Below are positions 9,303-17,025 of a DNA stretch of 64,000 bases, one piece after another; position 1 is the first letter of the stretch; each line of letters opens with the position of its first letter. The notes under the pieces were generated by a model, which had not been told where the DNA came from, did not search any database, and saw only the letters and a list, made by a program, of their open reading frames with translations. The position numbers were made by a program, and so were the translations under genes. Source of the DNA: a virus; IMG/VR virus record IMGVR_UViG_3300027754_000047, positions 32,001 to 96,000 of that record; one strand, given 5' to 3'.

Positions 9303-9726
9303 ATTGTGGTCGATGTTAGGCGGCTCCGTGGTAGGATTCTTATTTCGTTATTTAGCTGAGAAGCGCCAAAATGAAAAAGAACTATTTGAACGTTTAATTA
9401 AACTTAATCAAGCCACTACCGACAATTACAACGCAGCAGCCCAACGAGTGCCTGTAGATTTAGGTAAAAACATTAGACAGATTATTGTTTTGACTATACT
9501 GTTTGGCACTTTGATTGCTCCTTTTATCTTACCCTTTTTTGGGGTGCCTACTTTTGTAGAAGTAGATACCGTCACTCCTGGTGGCCCCTTTGGTTTAATT
9601 GCGTCTGTAGCTAAGAAGTACTTTGTAGAGATTAACGGTTTCTTGTATACTAGTGAGAATCGCCAGATCTTGGTAGCGGTAGTTGGTTTCTATTTTGGCT
9701 CAGCCGCAGCCTCAAATAAAAGTTAA
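9292..9726 (+). CDS. Membrane protein (3 predicted TM segments), holin-like
   Basis: GGAGG SD before ATG 9292; hydrophobic segments at N-terminus, middle and C-terminal ILVAVVGFYFGS. Confidence 0.55.
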   Translation: MTAELWSMLGGSVVGFLFRYLAEKRQNEKELFERLIKLNQATTDNYNAAAQRVPVDLGKNIRQIIVLTILFGTLIAPFILPFFGVPTFVEVDTVTPGGPFGLIASVAKKYFVEINGFLYTSENRQILVAVVGFYFGSAAASNKS

Positions 9727-9737
9727 AGGAGTTTACT

Positions 9738-10037
9738 ATGCCTAATGTAATTACTTGGATCAAATACACCTTGAGTCACGCCTTTAGTAGTACAAGTCTT
9801 TTGTTATACTTAGTTTGTATCTTAGGTTTTTTGGCTGCTTGTAATGCTGCTCCGGAATTAGTTCCAGCCAGCCCGATACCTAACGTTGTTATTGAACGCA
9901 TTAAAGACAATATTGCCAACCCTGGCCCAACTACAAATAGTTACGTTTGGTTGTGGGTGTGGATTCCAGCAGTAGGCTTAGTAGGCACATGGGCAGTTAA
10001 GACTTTATTCTTTGCCAAGCCTAAAGCTGACGTTTAA
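9738..10037 (+). CDS. Predicted lipoprotein with C-terminal TM helix (u-spanin-like topology)
   Basis: AAGGAG SD; hydrophobic stretch ending in lipobox LAAC; C-terminal YVWLWVWIPAVGLVGTWAV. Confidence 0.45.
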   Translation: MPNVITWIKYTLSHAFSSTSLLLYLVCILGFLAACNAAPELVPASPIPNVVIERIKDNIANPGPTTNSYVWLWVWIPAVGLVGTWAVKTLFFAKPKADV

Positions 10038-10064
10038 CTTAACTCTTATTAAAAAGGAGTACTT

Positions 10065-10427
10065 ATGCAAATCTATAATCACTTACGCCCTCAGTTAGTA
10101 GCCAACATTAAACAAGCCTCATTGATGGGTATGGAGAATCCTACGGCAGGCGGAGTACTTGGCGGCTTGGGGGGTGCCGGCCTAGGTGCTGGCTTATTAC
10201 ACCTTTTAGCAGCTGATGATAAGAAGACTTTAATGAACTACTTAATGGCTGCCGGTGGTGGTGGTTTAGCTGGTGCCGGAGTTGGCGTCGGCGCAGGTAA
10301 GCTTAAAGATTCATTTGACTTTGTAGCTAAAGAAAAAGAACAAGGTAACGCTGACGGCGACTCTGGTACTGCTGCTAAACAGGAAACAGATAAAGCTAAT
10401 AAAGAACTAGAAGCAGCTAAAAAGTAA
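10065..10427 (+). CDS. Glycine-zipper protein, putative virion protein
   Basis: AAGGAG SD; NIKQAS motif followed by GGVLGGLGGAGLGAGLL. Confidence 0.55.
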   Translation: MQIYNHLRPQLVANIKQASLMGMENPTAGGVLGGLGGAGLGAGLLHLLAADDKKTLMNYLMAAGGGGLAGAGVGVGAGKLKDSFDFVAKEKEQGNADGDSGTAAKQETDKANKELEAAKK

Positions 10428-10435
10428 ATCCTTTT

Positions 10436-10483
10436 AATAGCTAAAAGAAAACAAGCCCCAAGGTTTTAACCTGGGGCTTGTTT
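10436..10483 (-). terminator. Intrinsic terminator (probably bidirectional) with TTTTAGCTATT tail
   Basis: aaacaagcccca-aggttttaacc-tggggcttgttt hairpin between convergent genes; aatagctaaaa at 10436. Confidence 0.85.
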
Positions 10484-10502
10484 ATTATGTGATTATGGGT
10501 AT

Positions 10503-11960
10503 TCAGTCTCGCAACGCAGCAGGGCTGCGGCGGCGAATCTGAGGCACTTGTTGAACTTCTTCCGGCAAGTTGTACTCATGCGCTGCCACCTCAATGGCCT
10601 GGGCCAAGATAGTAGCAGCCTTTTCTCGCTCCGAGTTATGAGTCCTCGGTGCTCGGTTTACCAGCTTCAGCTGAAGGCGCATAGCCTCGAAGGCCTCCAT
10701 GATGTCCTCTGGCAACACCACGTTGCGGTCTGCTAGTTGAGCAAGAATAGCGGCTGCAACGCCGATCTGCACCACGGTGCTTGGGTTCTGGTGCCCGCAA
10801 GTCTGCAGCTTGTCTAACCAAGTGTTGGTGTCCACTTTGGTGGTCAAATTACAAACTCTACCCAACAAACGCAGGCTAGCTTCTGGAGCTAAAGGCTCCA
10901 TCTCAATCAAGCTATTCATTCTGCCTGGTCGAAGGAATACAGGCAGAATGCGCTCGGTATCGTTGACCGTAAAGATGGTCATCAACGAGCGACCCTTGGT
11001 GCTGACGCCGTCCAGGACGTTCGTCAAGTTGTCTTGGCGAATGGTACGCTCATCGTTCTCGGACTCCATCAAACGATTCACGTCTTCCACTACTAGGATG
11101 GCCGGTTCATACTGCTGAGCCCACTCGTTACCAAACTCAAGATCGCGAGCATCTTTGATGAAGATGCAAGTGATGCCTCGGCTGCTTGCTTCGGCCATTA
11201 CTGCATTTACCAAAGCAGACTTACCGGTACCGTAACCGCCAACCAACATGTGGTTGGATTGAAAACGGACTGCACCTGCTGCGCCCTTCAACACATCTTG
11301 CCGGCGCAAACGCTGCAAGATTTGCGTGTTGATTCGCTTCTCTGTTGCAGGGTTGAAGACCAGGTCTTCGAGGACTCCCTTGCAGTCCTCGTATTTTGCC
11401 ACGTGTCGCGCATGGTTGAAGGCAGTCCCTTCACCTCTACGGTAAGGGAACTCAATTGAAACAATCGTCCCCTTCACCTTAGAGTGAATGCCGGTTGCGA
11501 TGTTTCCTCGCAACGTTGCTTCAAACTGCTCCACAATGCGAGTCAACAGGCCAGGTGCTTTAATGCGCAACCGCAAGTAAGGCTCGTCTGTGTATTCTGC
11601 TTGCTCCAGGCTGGCCTGGATGCTTATGTTGTATTTTCCACCGTCTTCAGCAGAGACGACTTTTAATTCAATCCAACTGCCGATTGGCACTTGCACTGTC
11701 TGACCCTTATTTTGGATAGACAGTTTGCTTGCCCCTGCAGGGACTATCGGAACGCAATCCAACTGGTGGATTGTTGCCCAATAGCTTAGAAGGGCATCTT
11801 CGAAGTAAATGCCCGTCAACTGCACATATGTGTTGACCATTTCTTCTTGGCTGGCCACGTATGCCGCCAATGCTGCTGATGTTGCCTTCAGGCCAAAGCC
11901 TGTTGGCGCCTGAACCCCAATGTGGTTCGGGGTATGCTGCTGAAACTTGACTTCATTCAT
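10503..11960 (-). CDS. AAA+ ATPase (classic AAA clade) with long N-terminal domain
   Basis: Walker A GGYGTGKS, Walker B ILVVED, LTNVLDG, SRH FLRPGRMN. Confidence 0.88.
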   Translation of the reverse strand: MNEVKFQQHTPNHIGVQAPTGFGLKATSAALAAYVASQEEMVNTYVQLTGIYFEDALLSYWATIHQLDCVPIVPAGASKLSIQNKGQTVQVPIGSWIELKVVSAEDGGKYNISIQASLEQAEYTDEPYLRLRIKAPGLLTRIVEQFEATLRGNIATGIHSKVKGTIVSIEFPYRRGEGTAFNHARHVAKYEDCKGVLEDLVFNPATEKRINTQILQRLRRQDVLKGAAGAVRFQSNHMLVGGYGTGKSALVNAVMAEASSRGITCIFIKDARDLEFGNEWAQQYEPAILVVEDVNRLMESENDERTIRQDNLTNVLDGVSTKGRSLMTIFTVNDTERILPVFLRPGRMNSLIEMEPLAPEASLRLLGRVCNLTTKVDTNTWLDKLQTCGHQNPSTVVQIGVAAAILAQLADRNVVLPEDIMEAFEAMRLQLKLVNRAPRTHNSEREKAATILAQAIEVAAHEYNLPEEVQQVPQIRRRSPAALRD

Positions 11961-12011
11961 CTCGGATTTTTCCTCTGAAAAGACATTTTATCAATATCAA
12001 TATGAACCGCC

Positions 12012-12046
12012 TATGTATATTAACCAATATTAGGGGCTAATTTAAC
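12012..12046 (-). promoter_or_regulatory. Phage cassette promoter variant TTAAA-N18-TAATAT
   Basis: Minus strand gttaaattagcccctaatattggttaatatacata aligns with the repeated promoter motif. Confidence 0.55.
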
Positions 12047-12053
12047 AAACATA

Positions 12054-12103
12054 AATAGCTAAAGAAATAGCCGGGACCAAGGGTTTCCCCCTGATCCCGG
12101 CTA
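12054..12103 (-). terminator. Intrinsic terminator with TTTAGCTATT tail
   Basis: tagccggga...tcccggcta hairpin 12068-12103; aatagctaaa at 12054. Confidence 0.8.
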
Positions 12104-12112
12104 CGAAATGAA

Positions 12113-12379
12113 TCATTCAGCACAATGCACTAGCGAAAATGCTAGTGCATATGCAGCTGGCGCTGCCACCGGGGCCCAATAAGCCCTTACTTCGGTTATG
12201 ACATACACCATACTGGATCTCTTTCCATCCCGCAGGTGGTGCCTGTCCAAGATAACCTCATATCGATCATCCAGGATGTCGTCCAACCTGTCTGCTGTCT
12301 TTACCAACAACCCTAGCTTGCAGCAGGGAGACGCGCCCTGGTTGTTACCCACCGCTATGTAGCGGTGTAGTGGCTCCAT
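12113..12379 (-). CDS. Hypothetical protein (start uncertain)
   Basis: ORF fills the space between the lysozyme gene and the terminator. Confidence 0.4.
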   Translation of the reverse strand: MEPLHRYIAVGNNQGASPCCKLGLLVKTADRLDDILDDRYEVILDRHHLRDGKRSSMVYVITEVRAYWAPVAAPAAYALAFSLVHCAE

Positions 12380-12405
12380 CAATAGAAGCGTAGGCGTATC
12401 CGTTG

Positions 12406-12822
12406 TCACGGTGCCTCCAGTGCAGCCTGCACCTTGGCCCAATAACCCAAGGTAGCATTCTTGCGGTGCCCCTTAGGGCCGCCGTTATGCTGCCTTGCCA
12501 GCACTTCCATGCTCGCGTTCTTCGGCGCATAGCGCCGAAGGTAGGCCTTTACCACTTTCGTGGCGTAGGCCTTATCCTTACAATCGGCATACGTGCCGCC
12601 GATTGATTTGTCATACTGGGTCGCGTCAACCCAGTATGCCTTATGGATTTGGTAAGGCCCAATAGCCTTACCTTTGTCTCCGACCGCATTCGCGGGGTCG
12701 GCTTCGCCGCCAGTCTCCACCTGGCAAATGGCCTGGACTAATCGGTCCAGGTCGATGTCACTCACTTGCGCCTTCGCCTGGCTACAAGCCAAGGTAAGGA
12801 CAACCAATAAGATTCGGAGCAT
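12406..12822 (-). CDS. Secreted lysozyme-fold protein, i-type lysozyme/destabilase-like
   Basis: Signal peptide; AICQVETGG...GDKGKAIGPYQIHKAYWVDA...CKDKAYA...ARQHNGGPKG...YWAKV resembles the destabilase family; GGGAG SD. Confidence 0.8.
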   Translation of the reverse strand: MLRILLVVLTLACSQAKAQVSDIDLDRLVQAICQVETGGEADPANAVGDKGKAIGPYQIHKAYWVDATQYDKSIGGTYADCKDKAYATKVVKAYLRRYAPKNASMEVLARQHNGGPKGHRKNATLGYWAKVQAALEAP

Positions 12823-12863
12823 TTCGTTACTCCCTTTCTTGTTTGTTGTTTCCGTGCAAATCC

Positions 12864-13541
12864 CTACGGAACGTCCGTAGGGTTACAAATTTGTTGTTTC
12901 TTTCGCGGGGCGCGAATACGGCGCACGCAACCCTTACGCCATCTAGCAGCAGTTGCCTTGCCGTCAAGGTTAACCCAGCTGTAGCTATTATCTTGCGCTT
13001 GCACTGCTTTACCTACTTCCCGCAGGGCTTCGTTGCTAAGCATGCAAATGTATCCTTTGGACCCGTCGATTCTTACTGCAACTTGTTTTTGCATCAGGTC
13101 CTCAATGTACAAAGCCTCTAACACCCAGCGCTGGTCTGGGTAAAGGTGAGCTTGATCTAACAGCTCTTTCAATTCCTCTTTATGAGGAACCTTTTTGGCT
13201 TGAGGGTCCCAAACGCATTTTGTTTTCATTTCGCTCAGCACCTTAACTGCATCAAAAGACAAAAACTTAGGCCTAGTTCGGTAATGAGTTCCTTGCCTAC
13301 CGTAAGTTTTTCGTATTAGGTCCTTCACGCAAAAGATGCTTTTGCGGGGAGCGAAGCTTAAATCTTTACCCACCCCCATTAGTTGCATGATGGCGTCATG
13401 GGCTGCTGATTCCGCATCCACTAAGGGGTCGTCTACTCGGCCTACTCTTTTAAGGTACTTCCGGCAAAGAAAGCAGCTTATGCGAATAGCCTTTTTGATA
13501 TTAGCCTCGGAATAATCTGGGGCTTCTATTACTGCTTCCAT
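12864..13541 (-). CDS. Sigma70-family-like transcription factor (divergent)
   Basis: Region 2-like DAESAAHDAIMQL..VKDLIRK and region 4 HTH-like LYPDQRWVLEALYIEDLMQKQVAVRIDGSKGYICMLSNEAL. Confidence 0.65.
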   Translation of the reverse strand: MEAVIEAPDYSEANIKKAIRISCFLCRKYLKRVGRVDDPLVDAESAAHDAIMQLMGVGKDLSFAPRKSIFCVKDLIRKTYGRQGTHYRTRPKFLSFDAVKVLSEMKTKCVWDPQAKKVPHKEELKELLDQAHLYPDQRWVLEALYIEDLMQKQVAVRIDGSKGYICMLSNEALREVGKAVQAQDNSYSWVNLDGKATAARWRKGCVRRIRAPRKKQQICNPTDVP

Positions 13542-13714
13542 TTGAGTACCGTTCTAGAGACTATGTACAGTCCTGCTAAAACAGTGCCACAAGTGATTAT
13601 GTAGCGGCCTGTAATTGCGTCGCCTTTTAGGGCTTCGATTACTCCTGCAGCTACGGGAGCTACGGCCACCCAGAACTCTGTAGTCCGAGTGCCTGATTTC
13701 ATAGTTGGGTCCAT
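13529..13714 (-). CDS. Small two-TM membrane protein, holin-like
   Basis: KSGTRTTEFW N-terminal motif followed by two hydrophobic segments. Confidence 0.55.
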   Translation of the reverse strand: MDPTMKSGTRTTEFWVAVAPVAAGVIEALKGDAITGRYIITCGTVLAGLYIVSRTVLKWKQ

Positions 13715-13775
13715 TTGGAGCCTTACCGCGTTGCGGCATTAAGAGTGTATCTTATTGCCTAACTCGGCTATGAAA

Positions 13776-13856
13776 AGACCCCTTGATCCAATTAAGAATC
13801 AAAGGGTCCTTGAGGAGAAAGAAAGGGGCACTTAGGTTTAATCCCAAGTGCCCCCA
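13776..13856 (-). terminator. Two tandem terminator-like hairpins downstream of the tRNA
   Basis: gacccc-ttgat...atcaa-agggtc and gggggcacttagg-tttaat-cccaagtgccccc, each with an A-run on its left (U-tail on minus). Confidence 0.65.
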
Positions 13857-13893
13857 TTGGGGGAAAAGATGCAGTTGCCTTTTTCAAGGTGAA

Positions 13894-13967
13894 TGGACCG
13901 GGTGGGATTCGAACCCACGCCTTATCGATTATGAGTCGACGGCTCTAGACCACTGAGCTACCAGTCC
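13894..13967 (-). tRNA. tRNA with CAT anticodon (Ile2 or elongator Met; not initiator), no encoded CCA
   Basis: GGACTGG TA GCTC AGTGGTCTA GAGC C GTCGA CTCATAA TCGAT AAGGC GTGGG TTCGAAT CCCAC CCGGTCC A cloverleaf; paired G1-C72 and no GGG/CCC anticodon stem. Confidence 0.93.
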
Positions 13968-13976
13968 AAGGTAAGG

Positions 13977-14130
13977 CTTTAACTAAGCTGCTGTTCATGG
14001 AATTCCAGGATTCTTTGGACTTTTAAATCCATAAGGCGTAAATCCCGGTCTTGTCGTAGGTTTTCTCTACGCTCTAGGGCAGCTTAGTTAAAGGGGTCAG
14101 GCTGAGGAGCGCTGTACTCAACTCAGCCTA
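13977..14130 (-). ncRNA. Candidate structured RNA upstream of the tRNA
   Basis: Perfect 15-bp closing stem 13977-13991/14079-14093 with internal hairpins, plus an aggctgag..ctcagcct hairpin; no ORF >=60 aa; promoter motif at ~14159-14188. Confidence 0.5.
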
Positions 14131-14154
14131 ATTCAGTACGATTGTTAGTCGTAT

Positions 14155-14190
14155 ATCATTATAACCCGTTTATGCTAAATTTTTAGCTTT
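14155..14190 (-). promoter_or_regulatory. Promoter CTAAA-N18-TATAAT
   Basis: Minus strand gctaaaaatttagcataaacgggttataatga. Confidence 0.6.
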
Positions 14191-14192
14191 AA

Positions 14193-14414
14193 TTAGTCAG
14201 ATAAATCTTCATCTTCTATTAGCAATTCCAAATCTAATTCACTATTTTTATTTTGTAAATCAGGGAAACTAATGTTGGTACTCGTTTGGCTAGGCTTATT
14301 TGCTAAGTTATTGGAGTAATCAATCTGAGCTTGGGTGTAGTCTGATTGTTTAACGTATGAGGTTGACAGTATTGCCTTGTACGAAATTAGTGTTTCTTTT
14401 TTACGACGACCCAT
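14193..14414 (-). CDS. Hypothetical protein, basic N-terminus and acidic C-terminus
   Basis: 73 aa ORF, AGGTG upstream, promoter motif at 14461-14492. Confidence 0.55.
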   Translation of the reverse strand: MGRRKKETLISYKAILSTSYVKQSDYTQAQIDYSNNLANKPSQTSTNISFPDLQNKNSELDLELLIEDEDLSD

Positions 14415-14460
14415 TTTGCACCTGTTAGCTAAATGAAGAGCTCTAATGAGTTCTTTCTAA

Positions 14461-14492
14461 GTCATTATAACTTATTTTTACCGAATGTTTAG
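14461..14492 (-). promoter_or_regulatory. Promoter CTAAA-N18-TATAAT
   Basis: Minus strand ctaaacattcggtaaaaataagttataatgac. Confidence 0.55.
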
Positions 14493-14496
14493 TGGC

Positions 14497-15156
14497 TTAA
14501 AGTTGCATAGTTTCGACAAAAGGATTGCCATCAATGACTACTCCACAAGCTATAATAGGCTTTTTAAGAAAAGCTGCACCGTATTGCATAGCCCAATGGT
14601 TGCGATCCACTCCGCAACCAATGTTCATACCCCATACTTTAGCTGTTGGCCCTGCTTGATACCAGACTCCACAAGCTGAGTGATAGTGCCCTAATACCGT
14701 AGATTGCATTCGCAACTTGGCTGCATTGAATGCGGGTTGTTGGCCTCCGGCTCCTTCGCCGTGGTAGTAGTAGACTCCGTCGATTTCAACGTTATCTACC
14801 CATTTCCAACTATGAGTGTCGTATAAGGAGTTGAACTCCTTTAAGTAAAGCCTAGGAATTCCTAGTTTAGCGTTTAATCGAAGTACTCTTAGATCATGAT
14901 TACCTACAGTTATGCTTGCTGTAGGGAATGCTTCGTATAGTTGTTTAACTTGCTTACAAGCCAAGTCGTATTCTAATGCTGCTCCAGGATTCTCTGGGTG
15001 CTTATCGTGAAAAGATATGCAATGATGGTCAACAACGTCTCCAATATGTACTACCTTATCTATACGCCAACGTTTAGCAACTGCCTTTAAAAAGGGAATA
15101 TATTTGCGATGCATGGCTGGGGCGTGGGTGTCCCCGATTACTAATACTCTGCTCAT
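14497..15156 (-). CDS. Calcineurin-like metallophosphoesterase
   Basis: GDTH, GDVVD, GNHD, HG and GHYH motifs. Confidence 0.9.
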   Translation of the reverse strand: MSRVLVIGDTHAPAMHRKYIPFLKAVAKRWRIDKVVHIGDVVDHHCISFHDKHPENPGAALEYDLACKQVKQLYEAFPTASITVGNHDLRVLRLNAKLGIPRLYLKEFNSLYDTHSWKWVDNVEIDGVYYYHGEGAGGQQPAFNAAKLRMQSTVLGHYHSACGVWYQAGPTAKVWGMNIGCGVDRNHWAMQYGAAFLKKPIIACGVVIDGNPFVETMQL

Positions 15157-15207
15157 TTAGGCTCCAAAGTAAGTGGATACTGTCAACTTATTGTTAGCTA
15201 AGGGCGC

Positions 15208-15236
15208 AGAGTAAGCAGGTAAGGTACCGGTGTCAA
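15208..15236 (-). promoter_or_regulatory. Sigma70-type promoter TTGACA-N17-TACTCT
   Basis: Minus strand ttgaca ccggtaccttacctgct tactct upstream of the phosphoesterase gene. Confidence 0.55.
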
Positions 15237-15249
15237 GTTTAGGCTATTG

Positions 15250-15286
15250 ATAGCTAAAAGAATGTGTAGGGTGGAACCCCTACACA
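15250..15286 (-). terminator. Intrinsic terminator with TTTTAGCTAT tail
   Basis: tgtgtaggg-tggaac-ccctacaca hairpin; atagctaaaa at 15250. Confidence 0.8.
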
Positions 15287-15342
15287 CTCCCTTTGATTGA
15301 ACCTGTAAACCCGTTAGCAAACAGGTTCAAGTCCAAGCCAGG

Positions 15343-15717
15343 TTATCGCATTAACATAATGCGATCATTAATGATTTTGATCTTGCGCTTGTTAACAAGC
15401 CTTCGTAGGCGTTGGCCGATTTGCTGGCGGCTGAGACCTGCCTCAACTGCCGCCAGGTATATTTTTTGTTTCAGTACTACTCCTTCGGGGTCGCTGAGCT
15501 CACGCACTATCTTTAGCACTCCTGCCTCCAGGGGTTCTCCTTCCTTTGCCTTTTTTGGAGGCTTTGGAGGTGAGAACAAAGACTGCTTGGGCCCATCCAA
15601 TGTGGGGCTAACTTTGATGTCTAGGCTCCAACCGGAGCCGACGGCCGCAGTGTGTAGGGCTTCGGCTAATTGTACAATCTCTTTCAGTCTGGCAAACGGA
15701 CCTTTTATATCTTTCAT
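15343..15717 (-). CDS. Hypothetical protein, possible C-terminal winged helix
   Basis: ATG 15717 avoids overlap with the upstream kinase; GLSRQQIGQRLRRLVNKRKIKI is HTH-like. Confidence 0.5.
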   Translation of the reverse strand: MKDIKGPFARLKEIVQLAEALHTAAVGSGWSLDIKVSPTLDGPKQSLFSPPKPPKKAKEGEPLEAGVLKIVRELSDPEGVVLKQKIYLAAVEAGLSRQQIGQRLRRLVNKRKIKIINDRIMLMR

Positions 15718-15823
15718 AACAACGGGTTTCCTAAAAGCCCTCGGTAGACGCGTACCTTGGGTAAAATGACAACCGCCCTTACACACTACAAGTATGCAAG
15801 GGCGGGGCGTCGAATGTTTGTTT

Positions 15824-16231
15824 TTAACCCACAAAGCGTGGGTCGTGGTGTTCCCAACGGCCAGCCATCTGCTGGACCTTCTCCGCAGGGCAACCGTGGG
15901 TGTTTGACCAGCTGTTTTCACAGTGTACAACGAATACACTGTAGCCATACTTAGCGGCCAAACTAAGGTACGCCTCGTAGTCTCGCCTCACTACTGAGGT
16001 GTTAGCTACGGCCAAGCGGGGCCAATCAGCCCTCATTGCAGTAGTCACTTGCTCTTCGCACCACCGATGAGCTAGACTAAGCTTGGTGTAGTCGAATAGG
16101 TACTCTCCTGTTTCGTTCAGGAAATACTTATCCGCCTCAAAGGCGGGGCACGACAAATCCAGTGAAGCAGCCAAGCTGCTTTTACCTGAACCGGGCAACC
16201 CTCTGATAACGTACAAGATCTTTTGATTCAT
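15824..16231 (-). CDS. P-loop nucleotide kinase-like protein (AAA_33/PNK-type)
   Basis: LYVIRGLPGSGKSSLA, EADKYF, VANTS, HGCP motifs; AAGGAGG SD. Confidence 0.85.
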   Translation of the reverse strand: MNQKILYVIRGLPGSGKSSLAASLDLSCPAFEADKYFLNETGEYLFDYTKLSLAHRWCEEQVTTAMRADWPRLAVANTSVVRRDYEAYLSLAAKYGYSVFVVHCENSWSNTHGCPAEKVQQMAGRWEHHDPRFVG

Positions 16232-16300
16232 TTCTTCCTCCTTTTAGCTGTGCTTTAGGCTTAACGCAAACCTAATTTTTAATGGTAACACAGTTCACAT

Positions 16301-16332
16301 GTTATATTCACACAATAGGTGGGCTATTTTAA
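16301..16332 (-). promoter_or_regulatory. Phage cassette promoter variant TTAAA-N18-GAATAT
   Basis: Minus strand ttaaaatagcccacctattgtgtgaatataac directly after a terminator tail. Confidence 0.55.
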
Positions 16333-16364
16333 TAGCTAAATAAGGACCCCGGTTAGGGGTCCTT
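16331..16364 (-). terminator. Intrinsic terminator with TTTAGCTATT tail
   Basis: aaggacccc-ggtta-ggggtcctt hairpin; aatagctaaa at 16331. Confidence 0.8.
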
Positions 16365-16385
16365 GGGTCTCAAAAGCCCCTGTGT

Positions 16386-16832
16386 TTAGCTACCAGACTG
16401 CACGAAGATCGTTTCTCCTGCAGCTCCCGCTGCCTTTCCTGCAACACCCGCCGTCTTGTCCACCGCCTCCTGAGGAGGAGCTTTCATTCCCTCATCGGCG
16501 GGCCGTCGGTCCCTATTGGCCTGGGACCGGGCCTTGTCGTCCTCTTCAGAATTCTTGGCCTTCTTCCTGTCCATCACTTCGTTCGCCTTGGCTTCCACCA
16601 TTGGGGTGGAAGCAACCAGCATGCCGAGCGCGGCGAAGGCCAACGTCGTGATCGTGGCCATGCCGTTGAAGCCGGCCACCACCATCGAGCGGGTTTCATC
16701 CATGGACCAAGTCCACGGAAATAACCAGCTTTCCCCGCTAGCAGGGACCAAAGCGTCTCCGCCGCCAATGGCAACGAAGAAGAGAATCGACACAACCGCG
16801 TAGGGCATAAAGCCCCAGAAGAACTTCTTCAT
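16386..16832 (-). CDS. Hypothetical membrane protein
   Basis: Two hydrophobic segments, charged C-terminus, GAAAGGA SD, GC-rich codon usage. Confidence 0.7.
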   Translation of the reverse strand: MKKFFWGFMPYAVVSILFFVAIGGGDALVPASGESWLFPWTWSMDETRSMVVAGFNGMATITTLAFAALGMLVASTPMVEAKANEVMDRKKAKNSEEDDKARSQANRDRRPADEGMKAPPQEAVDKTAGVAGKAAGAAGETIFVQSGS

Positions 16833-16916
16833 TCGAAGTTCCTTTCCGGGGTATTACCCCTAGTAGTCGCTTACTTGTAGTCAGGATTACGCACCCAACA
16901 GCAAGTATCGCTACTT

Positions 16917-16954
16917 ATATATATATACCGCAAAAGGGGGTCTATTTTAGTCCC
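16917..16954 (-). promoter_or_regulatory. Phage cassette promoter CTAAAATAGACCCC..GGTATATA
   Basis: Minus strand gggactaaaatagacccccttttgcggtatatatata, near-identical to the copies at 18205 and 18383. Confidence 0.8.
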
Positions 16955-16972
16955 TCAATACTGTCAACCTTT

Positions 16973-17025
16973 AATAGCTAAAAAGAACGATCCTTATGGC
17001 CCCGAAGGGTGGCAAGGATCGTTCT
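16973..17025 (-). terminator. Intrinsic terminator with TTTTTAGCTATT tail
   Basis: agaacgatcctt...aaggatcgttct stem with a cUUCGg-capped inner hairpin on the minus strand. Confidence 0.85.

Noticed and set aside
15718-15948. N-terminal extension of the 201 aa ORF 15343-15948
   Set aside because: Overlaps the kinase gene in another frame; ATG 15717 is the more plausible start.
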